Source of the DNA: Candidatus Electronema aureum
GTDB lineage: Bacteria > Desulfobacterota > Desulfobulbia > Desulfobulbales > Desulfobulbaceae
Length of the DNA: 32,000 bases
Reading direction: 5' to 3'
Assembly (NCBI GenBank): GCA_004284765.1
Contig: NQJD01000001.1
Span: 180,001-212,000, forward strand
Positions 16,198 through 23,546 of this stretch are shown here, piece by piece; position 1 is the stretch's first letter; every line of letters starts with the position of its first letter. The position numbers and the translations under genes were made by a program. Below the pieces are notes generated by a model. The model was not told the origin of the DNA and ran no database searches. It saw nothing but the letters and a program-made list of their open reading frames with translations.

Positions 16198-16369
16198 TTT
16201 TTTCCTCACTTTTTTATTGAACTTCATCAGGTGAAATGAGTATATGCTCATAACAAGGTATCCTGTTTTTGCTGAAAATAAAAGAAAAAGAGTCAGTCAT
16301 CCCAGCTCATGCTGGTCTGCCGCTGAAGCAGAGACGAAGCAACAACCATGTTCAGAAATAGCATATCAG

Positions 16370-17752
16370 TTACAGCCAGTCCAGCACTTTCCACCAAAAA
16401 AAATTGATTGGCAGAAGGACGAAGACTGTAACCAAGGCTAAAGGAACGCATATCTTGGCGGCACTGGACAATTTTTCACCGGCAAGCTGAAGGCCGACGA
16501 CAATCGGTGGCCCCTGATAGGGCAGCAGCACGGTGGCAAAACCTGTCACCTGCATCATAAGCAAGGATTCTGTTTTCAGACCTGTGGCTTGTGCCAAGCT
16601 ATCAGTAAGCGGAGTAAACACCGCAGGCACGGCAGGCAGGGTAGTGACAATGCCGGTGAGCGCAGAAGCTATGCTGATCGACATGTAGTTGATAAAATCC
16701 TGCTGCGGAGCCAAGGGCAGTAACTTGAGCAAAGCATCAGCAAAAATGCGATCCAAGCCTGTTTTGCCGATCATTCCGCCCAGACCGAGGATCCCGGCGG
16801 TGAAAAAAATTGAAGCCCAGTTGAGTTTCTGATTGAACTGCGCGGTGCTAACGATGTCGATGCCAGGCATCATCAAGAAAAATGCTCCGCCAAGAGCAAT
16901 CCACGCTGGGGAAATATGATGAAAAAAATCAGTGAGCCACAGCATAAGCATAAGCGGCAACACAGCCGAGAGAATCATCTCATTACGGGTCAATGGCCCA
17001 GCAACGTTTTGGTTCTGCTCAAGTCGTTCGACAGCTTTATCTGGATAAAAGAAAACAATCAGGGCGGCGATAATCACCGCTTTGGCTAAGGTCAGGAGCG
17101 GAAAATGCAGGAGCAGATAGGAACCGTAGAGCAGAGAAATTTTGTATTTGGTCTCAGCCATACCTGCCAGCACCACGTTGGGTACATTGGCAGGCAGGAT
17201 GCCAAAGGCCGGAATGTAGGTACCGAGAATAACTGCTAGCATGATGCCAGTGCGGCCTTTTGAGCCTTCTCTAAAACCGAAATGATCGGCGATAGAAAGT
17301 GCTATAGGGATCAGCAAAACAACCCTACCCATCGAAGAGGGCATCAAAAAGCTGAACAGCACCACTGCCGCTACTAAGCCGCCGATGATTTTCACATAAC
17401 TGCCGTGCAGCTGAGTTGCGGCATATCGTCCGATTCTGCCGCCCAAGCCGGTGGAGCTAATCGCCGCGCCGATCACAAGGCCGCCAAAGACTAACCAGAC
17501 CGCTGCCGAAAAAAAACCGGAAAAAACTATCTCTTTCGGCGCAACTGAAAAAAGCATTGCCAGCAGGAAAAAAAGCAGCGCAGTGAGATGTTCAGGAATC
17601 AGGGCAGTTGCCCAAAAAGCAAGAGTCAGGAGAGCAATGGACGAGGCCTTTGCTGCTGCTGAAATCGGAGCAAATTGGAGAAAGACAACTCCCGCAATGG
17701 ACAGAAGCAGGGTAAGGATCTGGAAGGCGTTTTTGCTGCTAGGCTGGCTCAT
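16370..17752 (-). CDS. SLC13/DASS-family anion permease (ArsB/NhaD superfamily)
   Basis: 460 aa and highly hydrophobic, with a two-fold internal architecture. It has hairpin-like SxxP/NVPN motifs (GILPANVPNVVLAG, TTLPAVPAVFTP) typical of DASS transporters. Confidence 0.7.
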   Translation of the reverse strand: MSQPSSKNAFQILTLLLSIAGVVFLQFAPISAAAKASSIALLTLAFWATALIPEHLTALLFFLLAMLFSVAPKEIVFSGFFSAAVWLVFGGLVIGAAISSTGLGGRIGRYAATQLHGSYVKIIGGLVAAVVLFSFLMPSSMGRVVLLIPIALSIADHFGFREGSKGRTGIMLAVILGTYIPAFGILPANVPNVVLAGMAETKYKISLLYGSYLLLHFPLLTLAKAVIIAALIVFFYPDKAVERLEQNQNVAGPLTRNEMILSAVLPLMLMLWLTDFFHHISPAWIALGGAFFLMMPGIDIVSTAQFNQKLNWASIFFTAGILGLGGMIGKTGLDRIFADALLKLLPLAPQQDFINYMSISIASALTGIVTTLPAVPAVFTPLTDSLAQATGLKTESLLMMQVTGFATVLLPYQGPPIVVGLQLAGEKLSSAAKICVPLALVTVFVLLPINFFWWKVLDWL

Positions 17753-17986
17753 GCGCTGAGAAAAGGTTTCAATTTAACGAAAAGCATCAAGTGGTTGAAT
17801 GCACCCTGCGCTGAGTATGAAAACGCGCTTGCAGAATACTACTACTTGCCGCAGGTGACGAGGTCAAGCAAAAATTGCAGCGCGGACAGACAGAAACAGG
17901 TTGCATGAACCGGGCATTATGATTTAGTAGTAATACAATCCTTGGCGGCAGCATCACTGCCTGCCTCTGAGAACAACCAAGAAGCA

Positions 17987-19177
17987 ATGAGAATCATGCC
18001 CAATTTTTCCAGCCGAATTAAAACGCATATCATCGGGATGTTTGCTATTTTTTTTCTGATCACCCTGCCCGTAACGGTCATCAGCTTTTTGCAAACCCCT
18101 GAGTATGAAGTAAGCTCCAGCATTTTGCTCCGACAGGGCAAACGCGGCAGCGCAGACCTAAAAACTGAGTTAGCTGTCCTGCAAGGCAATGTATTGGCCG
18201 AGCAGGTGTTAGCCGCAGTGGGTGCGGAGCAGCTTTTTCCTGAGCCGGGCGAGGTGGGAAGAGTGCGGCAATTTCAGCAGCGATTAGAGGCGCATCTGGT
18301 CCGTCGCTCTCGTATCGTGGAAATACGCTTCCGACATCCCGACCCTGAACTGGCTGTTAAAACAGTCACTACGGCAGTGAGGCTGTTCGGACTGGAGTTA
18401 GAAAAGCTCGATGATCCTCAGTCTGTGCTGCTGGAAGAAGAGCTGCTGCTGCGCAGGAAGCAACTTCAGCAGGCACAGAACGTCCTTTCGATGTTCCGGC
18501 AGAATAGCAGACTGCACACACCTGATGGACAAATGCGGCATCTATCGATTGAACGCGGGCGGCTTGAAGCAGTGGTGGCCGAAGAGAGCAAAAGGGAATT
18601 AGAGTTAGCCGGTGAACTGGATGAACTGCGGCGGCAGTTCGCTGCAGTGCCGGTTAAGACAGAAGCAAGCAGAAATGAATTTTTGGAGATGAAACTGTAC
18701 CGACACGAACTACTGCGCAAGTATGACGAGAAAAATCTATTAATTGCCTCAGTTGAAGAGCAGTTAGCAAAGATACGGCAACAGTTGCAAGGCGGCGATG
18801 CGTTGGAAGCACTTGCGGATTGGATTGTACTGGCTAATGCCGCGCACAGCAGGCAAAAGGAGGGCAAGGAAGTAGCGCAGCTCCAACTTAGTCAGCTGAC
18901 TGACCAGCAGCGGCAGCAAGTGGAGCAGGATGATCTCTTCAGCAGCTTAGAAGTTGAGGTGGATAAAAGCAGGGAGCTGTACGCCCAGCAGCTCAATAAA
19001 ATTGAAGCAAATCGGAAAGCTGGAGCGAAGGAAGGACAGGTAACGGTCATTGAACAGCCCCTGCTGCCCTTAGAGACAGTCAGGCCAAAAAAACTGCGCA
19101 ATATCTTAACTGCAGTTTTTTTCGGCCTGCTGTGCAGCCTGCTGTACGTTTTTTGCCGACAGCAGCGTAAACGGTGA
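17987..19177 (+). CDS. polysaccharide chain-length determinant (Wzz/GumC, PCP family) without a kinase domain
   Basis: I placed the start at ATG 17987 (the track start is a TTG). TM1 is IIGMFAIFFLITLPVTVISFL, followed by PEYEVSSSILL and a long coiled-coil periplasmic region. The Pro-rich segment EQPLLPLETVRPKK precedes the C-terminal TM ILTAVFFGLLCSLLYVF. Confidence 0.7.
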   Translation: MRIMPNFSSRIKTHIIGMFAIFFLITLPVTVISFLQTPEYEVSSSILLRQGKRGSADLKTELAVLQGNVLAEQVLAAVGAEQLFPEPGEVGRVRQFQQRLEAHLVRRSRIVEIRFRHPDPELAVKTVTTAVRLFGLELEKLDDPQSVLLEEELLLRRKQLQQAQNVLSMFRQNSRLHTPDGQMRHLSIERGRLEAVVAEESKRELELAGELDELRRQFAAVPVKTEASRNEFLEMKLYRHELLRKYDEKNLLIASVEEQLAKIRQQLQGGDALEALADWIVLANAAHSRQKEGKEVAQLQLSQLTDQQRQQVEQDDLFSSLEVEVDKSRELYAQQLNKIEANRKAGAKEGQVTVIEQPLLPLETVRPKKLRNILTAVFFGLLCSLLYVFCRQQRKR

Positions 19178-19181
19178 GGAG

Positions 19182-19207
19182 GGTGAAAAAGCCGCTACTT
19201 TTTCACC
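19182..19207. terminator. perfect 10-bp hairpin between convergent genes (bidirectional terminator candidate)
   Basis: GGTGAAAAAG (19182-19191), loop ccgcta, then CTTTTTCACC (19198-19207). It starts 5 nt after the Wzz-like TGA and overlaps the stop and last codons (EVKK-TAG) of the minus-strand gene. Confidence 0.5.
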
Positions 19208-19716
19208 TCTCCACTTGCCCCAGGTGCAATGCCATTGAACAAGAAATTTTGCTGCATCTCCTGCCTCATCTTTGGATCAGCAAATGTTTCCTGCATGGTC
19301 TGCTGCATGATTTTCAGCATTTTTTCATGAATAGCCGCTTGGACAGCCGGGTCAATTTTCAGCGACGCAATAGCGGCATCGATCTGGATTCCTCCAGTTT
19401 TTCCCTTCTGATCGTCTTGCGACTGGGCGGCGGTCAGGCCAAGCGTATTCTGTAGTTGAAAGCGTAAATTCTGCTGCATCGCTGCTGCATCGCCGGGTAA
19501 TGCTTGCTGCGTTTCATTTACGGTTGCTGTTTCGCCCTGAACAGAAGTCTGCAACTGATCATTCGCCGGAGGACTGTTTGCAGTGGAATCCTGTAGCGTT
19601 TCCTGCTCTCCGGCACCCAGCCCATCGTCTTGCTGCTGCGCTGCTGCTGAACCGGCCAGCAGTAAACAGCAAACAGCACTGAGAGCGAATTGGGCTACCG
19701 ATAATTTTTTCCTCAT
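19195..19716 (-). CDS. secreted Gln/Met-rich protein, paralogous N-terminus to the 19731 gene
   Basis: 173 aa with SD AAGGGAGAAAAAGC-ATG and signal peptide MRKKLSVAQFALSAVCCLLLAGSAAA-QQQ. The C-terminal segment is HEKMLKIMQQTMQETFADPKMRQEMQQNF. No known domain recognised. Confidence 0.65.
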   Translation of the reverse strand: MRKKLSVAQFALSAVCCLLLAGSAAAQQQDDGLGAGEQETLQDSTANSPPANDQLQTSVQGETATVNETQQALPGDAAAMQQNLRFQLQNTLGLTAAQSQDDQKGKTGGIQIDAAIASLKIDPAVQAAIHEKMLKIMQQTMQETFADPKMRQEMQQNFLFNGIAPGASGEVKK

Positions 19717-19730
19717 GCTTTTTCTCCCTT

Positions 19731-20384
19731 TCAGAAGCGCGGGTTTTGCTGCGCAGGCGCGGTAGGCAAAGGAACTGCCGAGGGTTGTATTTGATTCTGC
19801 ATTTGTCCGGTCATTTGCTGCATCATCTGTGCCTGCATTTTCTGCTGAACAGCAGTCATGTCAGGCATTCCCTGTGGCATCTGCCCACCCGTCTGCTGGG
19901 CTGCACCCTGCATTTGGTTAGCTGGGGAAGCGGCTTGCATTTGTCCGGTCATCTGCTGCATCATCTGCGCCTGCATTTTCTGCTGAATGGCAGTCATGTC
20001 AGGCATTCCTTGTGGCATTTGCCCGCCTGCTTGCTGGGCTGCACCCTGCATTTGATTAGCTGGAGAAGCCGCTTGCATTTGTCCGGTCATCTGCTGCATC
20101 ATCTGCGCCTGCATTTTTTGCTGAATGGCAGTCACGTCAGGCATTCCCTGTGGCATTTGCCCGCCTGCCTGCTGGGCAGCACCCTGCATTTGATTAGCTG
20201 GAGAAGCTGCTTGCATTTGTCCGGTCATCTGCTGCATCATTTGCGCCTGCATTTTTTGCTGAATGGCAGTCATGTCAGGCATTCCTTGGCTCGACTGCTG
20301 GGCATCTGCGGAGCCAACCAGCAAAAGGCAGCACGCTGTTGCTACCCCTATCGTCAATTTGCCTGCGGACTGTTTTCTGTTCAT
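19731..20384 (-). CDS. secreted Met/Gln-rich tandem-repeat protein (3.6 x 46 aa)
   Basis: I moved the start to ATG 20384 (track M23), behind SD AAGGGAGAATTAAGC. Signal peptide MNRKQSAGKLTIGVATACCLLLVGSADA-QQ. The repeat unit is MPDMTAIQQKMQAQMMQQMTGQMQAASPANQMQGAAQQAGGQMPQG, which by hand count has 9 Met and 14 Gln in 46 residues, and no His, Cys or aromatic residues. Confidence 0.7.
   Translation of the reverse strand: MNRKQSAGKLTIGVATACCLLLVGSADAQQSSQGMPDMTAIQQKMQAQMMQQMTGQMQAASPANQMQGAAQQAGGQMPQGMPDVTAIQQKMQAQMMQQMTGQMQAASPANQMQGAAQQAGGQMPQGMPDMTAIQQKMQAQMMQQMTGQMQAASPANQMQGAAQQTGGQMPQGMPDMTAVQQKMQAQMMQQMTGQMQNQIQPSAVPLPTAPAQQNPRF
19797..20288 (-). repeat. 138-bp tandem repeat, about 3.6 copies, inside the Met/Gln-rich CDS
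   Basis: (C/T)TGCATTTGTCCGGTCAT recurs at 19797, 19935, 20073 and 20211, an exact 138-nt period. Copies 2 and 3 differ at about 6 positions by eye. Confidence 0.9.
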
Positions 20385-20661
20385 GCTTAATTCTCCCTTT
20401 TTTTCATCAATGAGCTGCCGCGCCGCCCCCCGGCCCAGCAATGCGTTCATTTTGTTATATCGTAAAGGTTACCTGCCCGCAATTCTCTTTGTCAATTGGT
20501 TTTTCCCGGTCGTGAAGTTGTGGAAAAAGTAATTGGCATTTTCAGGTGCGCCAAGCAGAATTCAAACCAAAATTCTACGGCACAGAAAACCGTCTTTTTC
20601 TCTCTTGCCTCTCTTTTTTGTTGTTACAAAATAGGCTAATGTTACAGTGCAGTTACTCCTC

Positions 20662-20689
20662 TTGACTTTTTTGAATATGCTTGTATAGT
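20662..20689 (+). promoter_or_regulatory. candidate sigma70 promoter for the integrase
   Basis: TTGACT (20662-20667), a 16-nt spacer, then TATAGT (20684-20689), in an AT-rich intergenic region about 58 nt upstream of ATG 20747. Confidence 0.4.
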
Positions 20690-20746
20690 TCCACAAAAAA
20701 TGTGGGGAAGATTATGGGGAATAAAAAATACTGCGGAGAACGAACT

Positions 20747-21886
20747 ATGGCAAGTATGAAACGGTTTAAGACCAAATATGCCGGAGTGTTTTATATCGAA
20801 GGGACGGCAGCTAACGGAAAAAAGCCTGAAAGAATCTATTACATCCGCTACAGAAAGGATGGAAAACTTGTGGAGGAAAAAGCAGGCCGTCAGCATCAGG
20901 ACGACATGACCGCTGCCAAAGCTTCCGGTCTTCGCTCCGACAAAATAGAAGGCAGGCAACAAAGCAATCGAGAACGACGTAGAGCGGCGGAAGAGGTTAG
21001 CTCGCGATGGACAATAGGCCAGTTATGGGAAATATATCGCGCCAAATTATTTAACAGCGGGGCAACCAGAACCGATTCGGGTAGATATGAAAATCATCTC
21101 AAGCAGCTTTTCGGTGACAAAGAGCCGCATGAGCTTGCCAAGTTAGACATCGACCGGATACGGATCAGCCTGCTGAAAACCCATTCGCCACAGACCGTTA
21201 AGCATGTGCTGACCCTGCTGAAAAGAATTATCAACTACGGATGCGGCTTAGGGGTGATTGCCCCACTTTCATTCAAGATAGAAATGCCACCCGTTGATAA
21301 CATCAAGACCGAAGACCTTAGCCATGAGCAGCTACAACGCCTTTTCGAGGTGCTGGAGGCAAGTCGCCATGTTATGGCGGCAAATATGATGAAATTAGCC
21401 TTATACACGGGGATGCGGCGCGGTGAGCTGTTCAAGCTGGCATGGAATGACATAGATTTTGAGCGCGGCTTCATTCATATCCGGGAGCCGAAGGGGGGGA
21501 AGAGCCAGAAAATTCCGCTGAATAGCAGTGCGAGGAAGTTACTGCAATCCATCCCTAAGCAGGGCAGCGAATATATTTTTTCGGCCAGAAATGGCGGGCC
21601 GTGCAAGGATATTGCCAAGGAGGTGCGGGCCATCAAAGAGGCTGCCGGGCTACCTGAAGATTTCCGCCCGCTGCACGGGCTGAGGCATGTCTATGCCACC
21701 ATGCTTGCCAACAGCGGTAAAGTTGATATGTTTACCCTGCAAAAGTTGATGACTCATAAAAGCCCTCAGATGACGCAGCGTTACGCCCATTACCGCGATG
21801 AGGCGATGCAGCGGGCTGCAAACGAGGTTAGCGGGATATTGGAGGATGCGCTTTCAGTGCGGAGTGACGATAAGGGCGCTAACTAG
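20747..21886 (+). CDS. tyrosine-type site-specific recombinase / phage integrase
   Basis: I chose the start at ATG 20747 (SD GGAGAA 6 nt upstream; the track start is a TTG). Catalytic elements are TGMRRGEL (Arg I), HGLRHVYAT (His-x-x-Arg), LMTHKS (His) and the nucleophile region QRYAHY. Confidence 0.9.
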   Translation: MASMKRFKTKYAGVFYIEGTAANGKKPERIYYIRYRKDGKLVEEKAGRQHQDDMTAAKASGLRSDKIEGRQQSNRERRRAAEEVSSRWTIGQLWEIYRAKLFNSGATRTDSGRYENHLKQLFGDKEPHELAKLDIDRIRISLLKTHSPQTVKHVLTLLKRIINYGCGLGVIAPLSFKIEMPPVDNIKTEDLSHEQLQRLFEVLEASRHVMAANMMKLALYTGMRRGELFKLAWNDIDFERGFIHIREPKGGKSQKIPLNSSARKLLQSIPKQGSEYIFSARNGGPCKDIAKEVRAIKEAAGLPEDFRPLHGLRHVYATMLANSGKVDMFTLQKLMTHKSPQMTQRYAHYRDEAMQRAANEVSGILEDALSVRSDDKGAN

Positions 21887-21933
21887 CATATAGGCAACAA
21901 CAAAGCTTGCACTCTTCCTCAAATAATGAGCTT

Positions 21934-22227
21934 TTAACGGAGCGCATTGATTCTATGTTGCCAGTTGCAGATGCTGCGCTGCGGGCCGCGCCAGATGCGG
22001 CGGTCACGGAAAGCCGGGTTGAGGTCGCGGAGGATGATCCGCTGGCAGCGGCGCAGAGCCGCATCTTGCAGCAGCTCTTTTTCCGCATCGGTGAGCGTCA
22101 GACGCGGGCCGTCCGAGTCGCGGCAGAGCTGCCAGAGGGCGGCATGATAGGCCACCTCCGGCAGCTCGCCGGAATCCGCCAGCAGAAAAACTTCGTCTTC
22201 AATCAGGCGGGCGCGTTCATCAGCCAT
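21934..22227 (-). CDS. hypothetical protein (97 aa)
   Basis: The ATG-to-stop ORF has a more protein-like composition than the overlapping plus-strand ORF 21907..22254. There is no clear SD and I recognise no domain. Confidence 0.35.
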   Translation of the reverse strand: MADERARLIEDEVFLLADSGELPEVAYHAALWQLCRDSDGPRLTLTDAEKELLQDAALRRCQRIILRDLNPAFRDRRIWRGPQRSICNWQHRINALR

Positions 22228-22246
22228 GATGCATTAACAAACTATG

Positions 22247-22693
22247 TTATCTGAATCCCCTTAACCGTGTGAAAGATAACATCACCTCAATATCGTTAAT
22301 CAATTGGTTGTCAGGGCTATTTTCAGCATCAGCTGTGTTTCGCAGTTGAACTTCCACTGCGTGTTTAAATGATGTTCCAAAGTTAATGCTCAATGCGTGT
22401 TCACAGTAACTCTCTACAGCTTTTTTGAATTTGACCCTATGGTTATTTGCAAGTACAGCCGCAAATTTTTCTGCCGCTGTTTTCACCGTATTGATAGAAT
22501 TCTTTATCTTGACATACTGGCCACCAACATCACTCCAAGCTGTATCCTTTGGATACACTCCCTGTAACTCATGAAGAATAGTTTCCCTAAAGGCATCAGC
22601 GGATTCTACCCTTCTTTTCCATCTATGGACGGCAAAACCAAAAAGGATGACGAGCAGACAGCAAATCAACGTGACAGCGTAACTTATTTCCAT
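22247..22693 (-). CDS. hypothetical single-pass membrane protein, low-GC
   Basis: I set the start at ATG 22693 (MEISYAVTLICCLLVILFGFAV is a TM helix). The track start at 22720 is a TTG without an SD. Sample line 22381 has 22/60 G+C. No domain recognised. Confidence 0.45.
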   Translation of the reverse strand: MEISYAVTLICCLLVILFGFAVHRWKRRVESADAFRETILHELQGVYPKDTAWSDVGGQYVKIKNSINTVKTAAEKFAAVLANNHRVKFKKAVESYCEHALSINFGTSFKHAVEVQLRNTADAENSPDNQLINDIEVMLSFTRLRGFR

Positions 22694-22779
22694 TTTTTTA
22701 AAAACTTCCGAGATAATCAATGCAGATCAAGGCGATTCTTCCGGGACAAGAAGACGTGGCCTGTCCCGAAAGAAAAAAA

Positions 22780-23535
22780 TCAATCCGCTTCTGAGCAGCA
22801 GGATGGAGAAGATTGTTCCGCAGGCTCTTTCAACGCCGCCGCAACAGTCGCCAGCTCAATCAGCACGCCTAGCCCTTCCTGAACTTCCTTGCGTTTCAGG
22901 GCAGACATCATGCCGAAAATGCCGGTGACGGGTTTCGCATTGTTCAGGTCAATCGCCTTCATCTTCACGCTGACCCGCTCGCCAATTGCCAGCATCCGTT
23001 CAAAGTCATCAAACAGGCCGCGATGCTTGAGGCTGTCTAAACGTTCAATGATGTCGTTGAAAACCGGGCCGCTCAGGTGCGCGGCATCTCGTCGCATATC
23101 CATCATGGAACTGAGCATCTTCATCAGCTCGGCCATATTGCCCATGTTGACGATGAACTGCCCGATCAGCTCGCGGAGGTTCTCGCCCTCAAAGCCGTGC
23201 AGGGCGGTCTGGAGCTGGAGCGTCAGCTCATGGAACATGTCCTTGGCGTAGGGTGCGGCATCGCGCTTGAACTCCATGATGCTGTCCAGTGTCTTGACAG
23301 CGTCAGCGATGTTTCTGCTCGATGCCAGCGACTGGCCGATCATGTCGCCGACCTCCTCCAAATCCACGCGCTTGTCCAAGCCGCTCAAGCGCGCCGTGGC
23401 CTCCCGGACGATGGAGTGAATCAGCGGCTCCAGCTCCTGCTTCAGCTCCGCATAGGGCCTGACCGCCCGTTTGGCTTCCCGCACTTCCTCGGTGAGTTCA
23501 TCGAGGCGGGCGAGAATCTTTTCCTCATTGGTCAT
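22780..23535 (-). CDS. DUF1641 domain-containing protein
   Basis: 251 aa, helical. The C-terminal VTGIFGMMSALKRKEVQEGLGVLIELA is the DUF1641-type segment. SD GGGGG lies 7 nt before ATG 23535. It sits 11 nt downstream of the flavoprotein gene, the usual pairing. Confidence 0.65.
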   Translation of the reverse strand: MTNEEKILARLDELTEEVREAKRAVRPYAELKQELEPLIHSIVREATARLSGLDKRVDLEEVGDMIGQSLASSRNIADAVKTLDSIMEFKRDAAPYAKDMFHELTLQLQTALHGFEGENLRELIGQFIVNMGNMAELMKMLSSMMDMRRDAAHLSGPVFNDIIERLDSLKHRGLFDDFERMLAIGERVSVKMKAIDLNNAKPVTGIFGMMSALKRKEVQEGLGVLIELATVAAALKEPAEQSSPSCCSEAD

Positions 23536-23546
23536 GACACGCCCCC

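Noticed and set aside
16236-16251. Near-palindrome ATGAGTATATGCTCAT about 40 nt upstream of the first gene of the yedE operon, as a possible operator.
   Set aside because: It has only 5-bp arms with an AT-rich centre, occurs once, and could simply be part of a -10 region. That is too weak to call without comparative data.
19746-20390. Plus-strand 214-aa ORF encoding a striking His/Leu-rich repeat (HLSGHLLHHLRLHFLLNGSHVRHSLWHLP) opposite the Met/Gln-rich gene. It is tempting as a metal-binding protein.
   Set aside because: It has no signal peptide and no SD. The minus-strand frame has a strong SD, a classic signal peptide and a paralogue next door. The substitutions between repeat copies are silent in the minus frame. 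It is therefore treated as the mirror image of the CAG/CAT/CTG-rich coding strand.
20451-20746. Search for a tRNA/tmRNA gene or att core next to the integrase.
   Set aside because: No cloverleaf-compatible sequence or GTTCRANNC T-loop motif was found by eye. Only a weak AGAATT/AATTCT hairpin (about 20553-20572) and polypyrimidine tracts are present. A computational tRNA scan would still be worthwhile.
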